The position numbers and the translations under genes are program-made. From contig JBJHCT010000002.1 in the NCBI GenBank assembly GCA_050486185.1, forward strand, positions 1,623 to 65,622: 64,000 bases of DNA, given 5' to 3'. Below, piece after piece: positions 28,351 through 38,146 of this stretch. Each line of letters starts with the position of its first letter. The stretch's first letter is position 1. The notes under the pieces are model-generated. The model was not told the origin of the DNA and did no database searches. It was given only the letters and a program-made list of their open reading frames with translations. Source of the DNA: Candidatus Saccharimonadota bacterium (GTDB taxonomy: Bacteria > Patescibacteriota > Saccharimonadia > QS-5-54-17).

Positions 28351-30495
28351 ATGTCTAGTATGGCTAAGAAATCGACCGCAAAAAAAACCAACAAAGCTAA
28401 AGACAAGAGCAAAAAAGAAGAGCAAGAGGCTCTTGTATCTGGAGTTGGCCGAGAGGTAACAGCTGTAGCGGTGCTGGCTTTGGGGATACTACTACTAATC
28501 GCCATATTCTTCCCAGGCGGGAGACTAACAGATGGCGCTATTAGTAGCTTAACTTGGATGTTTGGCTCAGTAGTTTTCTTGCTCCCTCTAGCTTTGATCT
28601 ATCTTGCCATTAGGTTGTTTACAGCCAAGACCAAGCAACTCAAAGGTATACATTACCTAGGTTTAACCTTGCTTTTATTAGCTATAACCGGCCTGTTTTC
28701 TGTTTTTGCCGGAGTTAATAGCTTTAGTGATGCTATCGATGGAGTCGGCGGCGGGGTAGTAGGCTACATCTTAGGAAGTAGCTCAGCTAGTCTATTGAGT
28801 GTTCCTGGAGCTGTAATTATCTTGATAGCTACTACTGTAATAGGAGCTATTTTGGCTTCAGATATCACCATCACTCAAGTTATTGAGCTGTTTAAGAATA
28901 TGCGCACCAGTAAAAAGGATAGTGGCGATGATTTCGCTTCTCAATTGGCTGGTGAAGATGGCAAGCCGGTAAAGATGAAGATTAATGCCAAGGTGCCGCT
29001 AGCAAGAGCTGACGGTAAGGATTCTGGCAAAGAAGACAGCGGTGAAACTGAAGTGCTAGTTGCTAGTAATGATCCTGACTGGAAATTGCCAAACCCAGAG
29101 CTATTAGAGGATAAACAAGGCCAGGCTAACGCAGGCAACCCCAAGGAAAAAGGCAAGATTATCGAAGAGACTCTGGCTAGTTTCGGGGTAGAAGTAACTA
29201 TGGACGAGGTCAATATCGGTCCGACCGTTACTCAGTACACCCTAAAACCTGCTAGCGGTGTGCGTTTGAGCAAGATCACCGAGCTAGAGCACAACCTAGC
29301 CTTGAACCTAGCTGCCCAGAGTCTGCGAGTAGAAGCACCAATCCCTGGTAAAAGTGCTGTCGGTATCGAGGTGCCGAATGAAAAAACGGCTATTGTTAGG
29401 ATGCGTGAGATCCTCAAGTCAGATGAATGGCAAAAGACTAGATCACCACTTAGCTTCATTTTAGGTAAGGGTGTGGCCGGAAATATCGAGGTTACTGATC
29501 TTGCTAAGATGCCCCATCTATTAGTGGCCGGTGCTACAGGGTCTGGTAAGTCGGTGATGATTAATTCATTTCTACTTAGCTTGCTGTATCGTAACTCTCC
29601 GGCTGATTTGAAACTAATCTTAGTTGATCCTAAGCAGGTTGAACTCAGTCTCTACCGAGATATACCGCACTTACTTAGCCCTGTAATTATCGATCCAGAA
29701 AAAACTATTTCGGCACTAAAGTGGGCAGTAGCTGAGATGGATAGGCGCTACTCAATGTTTGCGGATCTTGGCAAGCGTAATATCGGTGAGTATAACTCTT
29801 CACAGTCTGATGAGCATATGCCACATATCTTAATCGTTATCGACGAGATGGCAGATCTAATGATGATTGCAGCCTCAGATGTTGAGAGCTTAATCGTTAG
29901 ATTAGCTCAGAAATCTCGTGCAACCGGTATTCATTTAGTGCTAGCCACTCAAAGGCCTAGCGTTAACGTTATTACTGGCCTAATTAAGGCTAATGTACCA
30001 GCTAGAATCAGCTTTTCAACCGTATCACAGGTAGACTCACGCACTATTATCGACCAAGCTGGAGCTGAGAAGTTACTTGGTAATGGAGATATGCTCTTTA
30101 GCGCTCCAGACTTCATTAAGCCAAGACGTATCCAAGGAGTATTTGTAACTGAAAAAGAGGTCAGGCAGGTTACCGACTTCTTAAGAGAAGCTAGAGAGCC
30201 GCAGTACAACGATGAGGTATTAAACCAACAGGTTAAACTTGGCGGCGGAGCCAATGCCTTGGGAGATATTGGTGGTGCCGATGATGAGTTATTGAGCGAA
30301 GCAGCTAGGCTAGTAATTGAGTCTGGTAAAGCCTCGGCCTCTTTGATCCAGAGAAGACTTAGGGTGGGCTACTCTAGGGCTGCTAGGTTACTAGATCTAT
30401 TAGAGGAGCAGGGCATTGTCTCTGGTCCCGATGGCTCTAGGCCTAGAGATGTATTAGTTAGGGATATCTCTGAGCTAGAGAGTGATGATTTATAG
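28351..30495 (+). CDS. ftsK: DNA translocase FtsK/SpoIIIE
   Basis: N-terminal TM helices. Walker A VAGATGSGKSV. Walker B ILIVIDEMADL. C-terminal winged-helix gamma domain. Confidence 0.88.
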   Translation: MSSMAKKSTAKKTNKAKDKSKKEEQEALVSGVGREVTAVAVLALGILLLIAIFFPGGRLTDGAISSLTWMFGSVVFLLPLALIYLAIRLFTAKTKQLKGIHYLGLTLLLLAITGLFSVFAGVNSFSDAIDGVGGGVVGYILGSSSASLLSVPGAVIILIATTVIGAILASDITITQVIELFKNMRTSKKDSGDDFASQLAGEDGKPVKMKINAKVPLARADGKDSGKEDSGETEVLVASNDPDWKLPNPELLEDKQGQANAGNPKEKGKIIEETLASFGVEVTMDEVNIGPTVTQYTLKPASGVRLSKITELEHNLALNLAAQSLRVEAPIPGKSAVGIEVPNEKTAIVRMREILKSDEWQKTRSPLSFILGKGVAGNIEVTDLAKMPHLLVAGATGSGKSVMINSFLLSLLYRNSPADLKLILVDPKQVELSLYRDIPHLLSPVIIDPEKTISALKWAVAEMDRRYSMFADLGKRNIGEYNSSQSDEHMPHILIVIDEMADLMMIAASDVESLIVRLAQKSRATGIHLVLATQRPSVNVITGLIKANVPARISFSTVSQVDSRTIIDQAGAEKLLGNGDMLFSAPDFIKPRRIQGVFVTEKEVRQVTDFLREAREPQYNDEVLNQQVKLGGGANALGDIGGADDELLSEAARLVIESGKASASLIQRRLRVGYSRAARLLDLLEEQGIVSGPDGSRPRDVLVRDISELESDDL

Positions 30496-30540
30496 TATCT
30501 ATTAGTAGTTGTAAATAATTTTTAAAAGAGGCCAAAGCCT

Positions 30541-30942
30541 GTGTTTAGACGCAACCTCAAACCACTAAGACTTCGCAGTCGACAATCTGCTCCTATAGTT
30601 ACTTCCTCTTTAACTGTCCAGGTAGCTATCTCCTCAGCTATTGTCTTAGCTTTAGTCTATATGCTTTGGCAGCTGTCTATACTCTTTTCCTCACCACCCT
30701 TAGAGATAAGTCATCCCGTCAATAACCAGGTATTAGCTAGTGACTATGTTGAAGTGGTAGGTTCTACCAGTTCCAGTAGCCAGGTATTAATTGAAGGCCA
30801 AGAGGTATTGGTAGATAGTGAAGGTAATTTTACTTATAACTTAGTATTACCGGTAGGGATAAACACCATTAGTGTAGTTGCCCAGTCGCGTTTAGGTAGG
30901 ACTTCCAGCGTAGAGTTGGTCGTAATAGTTGAGGGCACTTAG
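30541..30942 (+). CDS. Hypothetical membrane-anchored protein with beta-sandwich-like domain (GTG start)
   Basis: ORF with TM helix; weak. Confidence 0.3.
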   Translation: MFRRNLKPLRLRSRQSAPIVTSSLTVQVAISSAIVLALVYMLWQLSILFSSPPLEISHPVNNQVLASDYVEVVGSTSSSSQVLIEGQEVLVDSEGNFTYNLVLPVGINTISVVAQSRLGRTSSVELVVIVEGT

Positions 30943-31064
30943 GTTTTAGTTAGGGCTGTATGTATATGGTATAATAGGTTTAATATCAATAAATAAACCT
31001 TTCTCCTTATCGGTGATGTTAGTTTTGACTAATCGGTAGGGCGAAGACCAAGGGAAGGAGTTTT

Positions 31065-31463
31065 ATGCAAAAATATGAGTTGGCGGTGCTTTTACATCCC
31101 GATCTAGAGATCGATATAGAAACACCCCTTAAGCAGCTAGAGAAAGAAATTTCTACTAGCGGTGGTAAAATCATCAAGCGAGATGATTGGGGCAAGCGCA
31201 AGTTAGCCTATCCTATCAATAAGCACAACTTTGCTATCTATTTCTTTTATGTATTAGAGATGGAATCGACCAAGGTTGAGGATTTAGAGCAAGCACTTAA
31301 ACTTAACGACCAGGTAATTAGACACCTCGTAGTTAAGTTTAATCCAGACTCAGAACTGTTAGACAGTGATGATGAAGGTAGGAACAAGAGTGACAGTGAC
31401 GCAGAAGATAAGCCGGCAAAGGCTAAATCAACTGCTAAGAGTAGTGAAGATAGTGAAAAATAG
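31065..31463 (+). CDS. rpsF: 30S ribosomal protein S6 (acidic C-terminal tail)
   Basis: MQKYELAVLLHPDLE...KLAYPINK; rpsF-ssb-rpsR synteny. Confidence 0.85.
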   Translation: MQKYELAVLLHPDLEIDIETPLKQLEKEISTSGGKIIKRDDWGKRKLAYPINKHNFAIYFFYVLEMESTKVEDLEQALKLNDQVIRHLVVKFNPDSELLDSDDEGRNKSDSDAEDKPAKAKSTAKSSEDSEK

Positions 31464-31516
31464 GTAGGAAATAGTGATAAAGGTTAGAAAATTAAACAAC
31501 GAGAAGGAGGGATAAG

Positions 31517-31969
31517 ATGGCTCGTAGTTTCAATCAAGTAATATTAGTAGGTAATTTAACTAGGGACCCTGAACTTAAGACAGTCCCTAGCGGTCAGTCG
31601 GTTGCTACTTTTGGCATAGCTACCAATCGAGTCTGGACCGATCAGAACGGTGATCAGCAAGAACAGGCCGACTTTCATAATGTAGTGGCTTGGGCTAAGC
31701 TAGCTGAATTAGCTGAGCAGTATCTGGCCAAGGGCCGAAGGGTGATGGTGGTCGGTAGATTGCACACTCGTTCATGGGAAGGTGATGATGGTAAAAAGAA
31801 CTACCGCACAGAGATAGTAGCCAGTGAAATCAACTTTCTTGATGGTCCTGGTGGATCAGAGTCAACAACAAGCGATTCTGCCAAAAGCTCTAAACCCAGT
31901 AAAAAGGGTGACGATGTTGAGATCGAGGACCTAGACGAAGAGGTGGACTTAAGTGAGATACCTTTTTAG
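31517..31969 (+). CDS. ssb: Single-stranded DNA-binding protein
   Basis: OB fold MARSFNQVILVGNLTRDPEL...VVAW and an acidic tail ending DLSEIPF. Confidence 0.9.
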   Translation: MARSFNQVILVGNLTRDPELKTVPSGQSVATFGIATNRVWTDQNGDQQEQADFHNVVAWAKLAELAEQYLAKGRRVMVVGRLHTRSWEGDDGKKNYRTEIVASEINFLDGPGGSESTTSDSAKSSKPSKKGDDVEIEDLDEEVDLSEIPF

Positions 31970-32002
31970 AGATTAATTAAGTTAAGTTAAAGGAATAGAT
32001 AA

Positions 32003-32200
32003 ATGACAGCAAAACCACGAATGCGTATGCCGAAAGTTTTTGATTACAAAGATATCAAAACTTTGCAACGCTATATCAATATGTTTGGTCAGATAGAACC
32101 TAGACGCAAAACTGGCCTAAGCGAGGCACAGCAAAACCAGCTAGCTAAAGCTGTTAAGCGAGCTAGACACATCGCTTTAATGCCTTTTGTATCAGAGTAA
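32003..32200 (+). CDS. rpsR: 30S ribosomal protein S18
   Basis: [13 protein letters not shown]...[11 protein letters not shown]...[11 protein letters not shown]. Confidence 0.85.
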   Translation: MTAKPRMRMPKVFDYKDIKTLQRYINMFGQIEPRRKTGLSEAQQNQLAKAVKRARHIALMPFVSE

Positions 32201-32240
32201 GTATAGATATTAAAATCTATTAGATTAAGGGGCAGTAGCT

Positions 32241-32801
32241 ATGGATTATGGTATTACCGATCTAAAAAAGGGCGTATTAATCAATGTTGATGATAAGCCC
32301 TACAAAGTTATGGAGTATTCCCACAGCGCTATGGGAAGAGGTGGTGGTGTAGTTAAAACTAAACTCAAAAACCTTCACGATGGCTCGACTTTAGCCAGGA
32401 CTTTTAAAGGCAATGATAAAGTGGCTGCCATTGAGGCCGATACTACCTCCGCCCAGTATCTTTATTCCGATAGTGACAATGCCTACTTTTTGCGGCTAGA
32501 TGATTATGAGCAAGTAGCTCTAAGCTTAGAATTAATAGGTGATAAGGCTAGTTATCTAAAAGAAAGTTTAGAGGTAGATTTACTATATATCGACTCTAAA
32601 CTAGTAGATCTTGAACTGCCTATTAAGGTAGAGTATCGAGTAGTTGAAGCCGAACCTAACGTTAAGGGTGATAGTGCCGGTAATGTTTTAAAGCGCTGCA
32701 CTCTAGAGACAGGGCTCAAGATACAAGTACCGCTCTTTATTAAGGAGGGCGATAATCTATTGGTAGATACCAGAAATGGTAGCTATGTTGAGAGAGTTTA
32801 G
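32241..32801 (+). CDS. efp: Elongation factor P (Arg-type loop)
   Basis: Three-domain EF-P. The beta3-beta4 loop reads SAMGRGGGVV, with Arg where E. coli has Lys34. Confidence 0.9.
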   Translation: MDYGITDLKKGVLINVDDKPYKVMEYSHSAMGRGGGVVKTKLKNLHDGSTLARTFKGNDKVAAIEADTTSAQYLYSDSDNAYFLRLDDYEQVALSLELIGDKASYLKESLEVDLLYIDSKLVDLELPIKVEYRVVEAEPNVKGDSAGNVLKRCTLETGLKIQVPLFIKEGDNLLVDTRNGSYVERV

Positions 32802-32809
32802 GTATTTTT

Positions 32810-33553
32810 ATGGCAGATAAGACTAGGTTAGATCAGTATCTACACAGTCATGGTCTAGCTGAATCACGCACGCAAGCAGCGGCCTTGATTATGTCGGGCC
32901 AAGTCCAGGTTGATGGCAGGCGGATAGATAAGCCTGGCTGGCAGCTAGATGCTAACAGTGAAGTCGATATAGAAGTGAAAGCTCCGATCAAATATGTATC
33001 TAGGGCCGGTTTTAAGTTAGAGTCGGCTAATGAAAAGTTCAAGCTAGATTTTAAAGGAAAAGTCGTTTTAGATGTCGGATCTTCTACTGGTGGGTTTAGT
33101 GACTTTGTATTACAACAAGGAGCGAAAAGAGTCTATGCGGTCGATGTCGGCACTAACCAGCTACATGAGCGTATCAGGGGTAGTTCCAAGGTTGTAGTGA
33201 TGGAGAAGACCGACATTAGAGAGGCCGCTCTACCAGAAGCAGCCGATATCGCTGTTATTGATGTATCGTTCATATCACTCAGACAGATACTGCCTAGTGT
33301 TGCTAGATTGATTAAACCAGAAGGCGTAATAGTGGCTATGTGTAAGCCTCAGTTTGAGGCTGGCGTTAAAGATGCCTCTAAACATAAAGGCGTGATTAAA
33401 AACGATCGCTTAAGGAGAAGTATATTAAAGGATTTTGAATCTTGGGCTAGGAATTATTACCAGGTAGTAGATAAAGCTGACTCTAGTGTCTCTGGTGCTA
33501 AAGGCAACGTTGAACGATTCTATCTACTAAAGAGTTTAAAGCCTAGTAACTAG
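32810..33553 (+). CDS. tlyA: TlyA-family rRNA 2'-O-methyltransferase (S4 + FtsJ domains)
   Basis: S4 domain RLDQYLHSHGLAESRTQA..., SAM motif VLDVGSSTGGFSD. Confidence 0.8.
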   Translation: MADKTRLDQYLHSHGLAESRTQAAALIMSGQVQVDGRRIDKPGWQLDANSEVDIEVKAPIKYVSRAGFKLESANEKFKLDFKGKVVLDVGSSTGGFSDFVLQQGAKRVYAVDVGTNQLHERIRGSSKVVVMEKTDIREAALPEAADIAVIDVSFISLRQILPSVARLIKPEGVIVAMCKPQFEAGVKDASKHKGVIKNDRLRRSILKDFESWARNYYQVVDKADSSVSGAKGNVERFYLLKSLKPSN

Positions 33554-34668
33554 ACATTGAACTTAAATTCAGCTACATCTCCATCTTGCATGACATACTC
33601 TCGGCCTTCACTACGAATTTTGCCTAAAGACTTAGCTTGAGTCCTGGATCCAGCTTCAACCAAATCTTCCCAGTTGATAATATCAGCGGCTATGAAGCCT
33701 TTTTCGAAATCACCATGAATAACTCCGGCTGCCTGGGGCGCTTTATATCCTTGCTTGATAGTCCAGGCTCTAATCTCTTTTTCGCCTACAGTAAAGAAGC
33801 TAATTAGCTTAAGTAGTTGGTAGCTTGTCTGGATAAGCTGAATTAGACCGGATTCTTTTTGCCCGTACTCTCCAAGCAGTTCAGCTGCCTCTGATTCGCT
33901 CAAGTCTTGTAGTTCCGATTCCAATTTAGCGCAGATAAAGACCGATGGGTTGGGGGAAGCGATTTTTGCAAGCTGTTCAAGCTTGAAGTTATCCATCAAA
34001 GTAGCCTCATCGACATTGAAGACTATTAGCATTGGCTTGGCTGTTAAAAGCTGACTTATCAAGACCTGGTTATCGTGAGTTAGTTGTTTATCGATAACGA
34101 ACTGCTCAACATCTTGATTTTGAACAAAATTTTTGATCAACTCTCCTTGATCCAGTGCTTGCTGCAGGCTTTGAAGGGTCTGTAGGTCTTTGGCTATTTT
34201 GGTATCAGACTTAGCTATTTTAGCTAGGGATTCGATTCTTTTATTAACAGTATCTAAATCGGCCAATATTAGTTCCGTATTGATAGTCTCGATGTCTTTT
34301 TGTGGATTAATGTCGTTACTAACGTGAGTAACATTGCTATCATCAAAAGCTCTGACAACTTGAGCTATAGCTGCAGTTTCGCGGATATTGGCCAAGAACT
34401 TATTGCCCAAACCCTCTCCTTTAGAGGCTCCGGCTACCAAACCGGCAATATCGGTAAAATGCACCTCAGCAGCAACTATCGGTGATTCTGGATGTAGTTT
34501 GGATAGTTCTTTTAGCCTATGATCGGGTACACCGACAACACCGACATTGGGGTCGATAGTTGCAAAAGGATAATTAGCCGCTAAGACGTGGTTTTTGGTT
34601 AAGGCGTTAAATAGGGTTGATTTGCCGACATTGGGCAGACCAACTATGCCGATAGATAGTGAACTCAT
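33550..34668 (-). CDS. ychF: Ribosome-binding ATPase YchF
   Basis: G1 GIVGLPNVGKSTLFNALT, TGS domain at C-terminus. Confidence 0.9.
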   Translation of the reverse strand: MSSLSIGIVGLPNVGKSTLFNALTKNHVLAANYPFATIDPNVGVVGVPDHRLKELSKLHPESPIVAAEVHFTDIAGLVAGASKGEGLGNKFLANIRETAAIAQVVRAFDDSNVTHVSNDINPQKDIETINTELILADLDTVNKRIESLAKIAKSDTKIAKDLQTLQSLQQALDQGELIKNFVQNQDVEQFVIDKQLTHDNQVLISQLLTAKPMLIVFNVDEATLMDNFKLEQLAKIASPNPSVFICAKLESELQDLSESEAAELLGEYGQKESGLIQLIQTSYQLLKLISFFTVGEKEIRAWTIKQGYKAPQAAGVIHGDFEKGFIAADIINWEDLVEAGSRTQAKSLGKIRSEGREYVMQDGDVAEFKFNV

Positions 34669-34830
34669 AATTATTAATATTCTAACAGATATTAACTACT
34701 GAAACGACTAACCCTAGTTTATATAGTCTGATAGTCTGTAAGGGTATAATAAAAACATAAGCGTTGACTTATGTATAACTACTTATGCTAAACTAATTAT
34801 TAAGCAAAAGAGGATTATTAAATAAAAGTT

Positions 34831-35889
34831 ATGGCCAAGAAACCTAATCAGGAAGAAGCCAACCAAAAAGCAACTGTTGATACAAGCAGTTCCTCTAGTT
34901 CTGGCTGGAAGCATTTCAGGTTGCAAAAGCCAGGCTCTGGCAACGACAAGCTAAACAATCGCTCAGTCAAAATAGCTGCATTAATAGCTACACTATTAAT
35001 CTTGGCGGTATTTGCTTGGGTAACAACCGATCCCTTGGATAGGTTGAGCGATAGCACAGATAGCGAAGAAGCCTTCAATATAGAGGGAGTGTCTTTTAGT
35101 GAAGATGATATAGCTCCTTATATAGATGGCGCTAGAGAAGTAGGTATAGATCCAGAAATTATGCGCCAAGCTATTGAAGAGGGTCTAACCTTTAAGGTTT
35201 TAGCCGATGAATACGGTGTAGAAATATCCGATGATTTAATCAGAGAAACTATAGAGAAATATGATAGCTACGACCCAGAGCTTGTAGAGACCAATGCTTG
35301 GGTTAGGTTAGTCGGTTTTAGGCTAGCTATGGAAGATCAGATTATGGAGTCTCCAGAAGGCGAAGCTAGGGGCTATGCCTTTATATTCTATTTCGGCACA
35401 CTAGCTGATGATTATGTACCGCCAGAAGAGATGGGTGAATCTCTACCAGAGGAAGTCGAGTCTCGATTAGGAGATGAAGGAGCGATAGCTGCCGATAGAG
35501 AATATGCTAGAGAGCAGGCCGAGTATTATCATTCAGAACTTACAGCCGGCAACATAACTGCTGATGAAGCTCTGGAAGCTATTAGAAATGACAATCGCTT
35601 AGTTCATAACTATCATGACAATCCAGAGTTGAGCTACTCACTGCAGTTTGGTTATAGCGACGAACTATCTTGGGATGCTGAGTTGTGGTTGCTAAATGCT
35701 AGAGAGTTTGTACAGCAATATGACGAAATCGATAATTATTCTGATATAAATCTAGGCAAACTCAATTACATAGAGGCAGAGGGTGAATACGATGCCTATT
35801 ACTACTTCGTATATTTAGAAGAGTCGGTCGGACCCTTAAGTGCTATAGCTAATAGAATTGTAGAATTAGGGATAGTAACGCCATGGTAA
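34831..35889 (+). CDS. Hypothetical N-terminally anchored acidic extracytoplasmic protein (352 aa)
   Basis: TM helix IAALIATLLILAVFAWV then an acidic domain. Its stop overlaps the next gene. Confidence 0.4.
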   Translation: MAKKPNQEEANQKATVDTSSSSSSGWKHFRLQKPGSGNDKLNNRSVKIAALIATLLILAVFAWVTTDPLDRLSDSTDSEEAFNIEGVSFSEDDIAPYIDGAREVGIDPEIMRQAIEEGLTFKVLADEYGVEISDDLIRETIEKYDSYDPELVETNAWVRLVGFRLAMEDQIMESPEGEARGYAFIFYFGTLADDYVPPEEMGESLPEEVESRLGDEGAIAADREYAREQAEYYHSELTAGNITADEALEAIRNDNRLVHNYHDNPELSYSLQFGYSDELSWDAELWLLNAREFVQQYDEIDNYSDINLGKLNYIEAEGEYDAYYYFVYLEESVGPLSAIANRIVELGIVTPW

Positions 35890-38099
35890 GAATTCTCAAA
35901 AAACTCAGTGTAGCCACTATTATGCTTTTTGCTTCAGTGGCTCTAGTCTCCCTAGTTTCCGCTGAAGAGGTTTACGCCAACGAGGGTTGTAATCAGTGGG
36001 GGGTAGTTAATGTTAGGGCTACTCATAGAGACACTAGGACCGGAGTGACCGGAAATGTGTCAGGAGTGACTGCTAACTTTAGCTCCAATATGAATGGGTC
36101 TAGAAGCAGTACAATATCAGGGGGTAGTACTAGTTTTGGTAATTTACGTTGTGGTTGCGTTGACGGCACTGGTCCAGCTAGCTACAGCGTTAGTGTTTCT
36201 GGTACTCCTAGCGGCACTGTTAGTGGTGGTAGTTGGAGTTCAAGTAATAGTAGTGGGACTATTAGGAACGGCTCTCCCGCAACTGCCACATTTACATATA
36301 ACTGGCAATCAACCTATTATAGATACGATACTAGTATTAGCGTTTCAGGTAGTTCGACCACTCCTAAGCCAGGTCAGGATATAACAGTTAGAGGTACAGT
36401 TAGAAATAGCGGCACTGACAATGGACGAGGCTACGATTATCGCATCAGGGTAACTAGTGGTAGCCAGTATTTGGTTAGCTCCAGTTCGTCCTCAGGCAGT
36501 GGTAGTGGTTTAAGCCGGGGTAGTAGCAGAAACCACTCAACAACATATAGGGTTAGGGATGATGCTCCGCATAACGTTCAGATTAGATTTGAATTTAGAG
36601 CCGGTAATTCTCGCCAAGAACAAGTTAGGCCGACTAGAAGAGTAGAAGATAGCGGCTATAGCACTAGTTCTGGCAGTACTAGGGTATACAACCAGCAGTT
36701 TGAGTTAAGCAATATTACTATATCTGGTGATGACAACTATGTAACACCAGGAATCAACGGCACCGATCTAGAGATATTAGTTAATGTAGTTAATAACGGT
36801 GACGTTACTTCAGCTCCATCAGCGATTAATAACTCGGGAGCCTCAGGGGGTACATCTAGCGGAGTAACAACTACTTTAGATGTTTATCGTAACGACCAGA
36901 GAGTTGATAGACAGACCTTTAGCGGCCAAATATCACGTGGTGCAGGTGGTAGAACTTTTGAGTATACCCACACTATTCCTAATTCAGACCCAGAAGATAC
37001 AGTTTATTGTTTCATAGCTTATTCTAATCCAACATCTGGTTGGAGTGATGGTTCTAGTTACCGAGGAGCGCCTTTCAGTAATGATCCAGAACCGGTCAGA
37101 ACTTCTGATAATGTCGATGATTGCGGCGACGAGAGTAGGGTAACCACCCAGGCCTATTTCCAAGTATCTCGTAACGATATATTCTCCGGCGTATCCTTTG
37201 CTGGCGGCAGTAATCCACTTACCGGCTGCTCACCTGTAGATGCTTCTAGAGCTTTCATAAGTGCTGCTAGGACTGGCACAGGCTCTAGCGACTACGGTTC
37301 ATTGGTAGAGTATGCTGCCTATGCACTAGATGTAATTAGTCGTTTTGGCACGGCCGTAGGAGTTGGCAATAATGTATCGGCGTCTAGTTTCTTTACAGCC
37401 TCACCTGGTAATGACGCTCTAGCCTTTGCTAATGAACCAAACCAAGGTTTCTTAGGCAACGATGCCTATAGATGTATGTCGGATCTATTTACTATGTTAG
37501 ATAAAGACCAGGCGGTTGTGCCTAACAACACCAACAACATATCTCTAGCTGGCTTATTCGGTAGCAGTAATGATATTCAAGTATATGGTGGTGATAATAC
37601 CAATATTAGAATTACCAACGGTAACCTAGGAAATGCCAACAACCGCAGACTAACTTTGATAGCTGATGGCGATATCACTATTACTAGCGATATCAGATAC
37701 CAGGGCAGCAGCTCTCAGTATCGATCAAATAACGTAGCAATCATTGCCAAGGGTAATATATTAATAGAAAGCGGAGTAGAAGAGATTAACGCTATGCTAT
37801 ACGCCATACCTAGAGATGAAGGCGGTGGCGGAGTAATAGATACTTGTTCTAATCATGAGAATCTAGGTACCGATGTTTGTGGCGATCAACTTAGGGTTAC
37901 TGGTGTGGTAGTGGCTGATAGGCTAGATCTAAAACGTACACACGGTGGTATATCAGGCGATCGAGATAGGGAGCCGGCTGAAATCTTCCGATTTTCTCCA
38001 GATATGTTTATTCGAGCACCTTTCTTTGTTTTTGCTGAAGGTGTGCCCACGCCGGATCTACAAGTTCAGCAATTAGTCGATTTACCACCACTGTTTTAA
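35883..38099 (+). CDS. Large secreted Ser/Gly/Thr/Asn-rich surface protein (738 aa), possibly beta-helical, directly upstream of pilM
   Basis: Signal peptide ...SLVSAEEVYA. Low-complexity S/G/T tracts and a C-terminal region with repetitive ...LTLIADGDITITSDIRYQGS...NVAIIAKGNILIESG... strands. Confidence 0.45.
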   Translation: MVRILKKLSVATIMLFASVALVSLVSAEEVYANEGCNQWGVVNVRATHRDTRTGVTGNVSGVTANFSSNMNGSRSSTISGGSTSFGNLRCGCVDGTGPASYSVSVSGTPSGTVSGGSWSSSNSSGTIRNGSPATATFTYNWQSTYYRYDTSISVSGSSTTPKPGQDITVRGTVRNSGTDNGRGYDYRIRVTSGSQYLVSSSSSSGSGSGLSRGSSRNHSTTYRVRDDAPHNVQIRFEFRAGNSRQEQVRPTRRVEDSGYSTSSGSTRVYNQQFELSNITISGDDNYVTPGINGTDLEILVNVVNNGDVTSAPSAINNSGASGGTSSGVTTTLDVYRNDQRVDRQTFSGQISRGAGGRTFEYTHTIPNSDPEDTVYCFIAYSNPTSGWSDGSSYRGAPFSNDPEPVRTSDNVDDCGDESRVTTQAYFQVSRNDIFSGVSFAGGSNPLTGCSPVDASRAFISAARTGTGSSDYGSLVEYAAYALDVISRFGTAVGVGNNVSASSFFTASPGNDALAFANEPNQGFLGNDAYRCMSDLFTMLDKDQAVVPNNTNNISLAGLFGSSNDIQVYGGDNTNIRITNGNLGNANNRRLTLIADGDITITSDIRYQGSSSQYRSNNVAIIAKGNILIESGVEEINAMLYAIPRDEGGGGVIDTCSNHENLGTDVCGDQLRVTGVVVADRLDLKRTHGGISGDRDREPAEIFRFSPDMFIRAPFFVFAEGVPTPDLQVQQLVDLPPLF

Positions 38100-38146
38100 A
38101 TTAGCATCAAACATCGGTTTTTAGCTCTTCCCACCACTTAACGCTT

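Noticed and set aside
36094-36384. 96-aa Val/Leu-rich ORF in an alternate frame inside the 738-aa surface protein gene
   Set aside because: It is a frame-shifted reading of S/G/T-codon low-complexity DNA with no independent signals.
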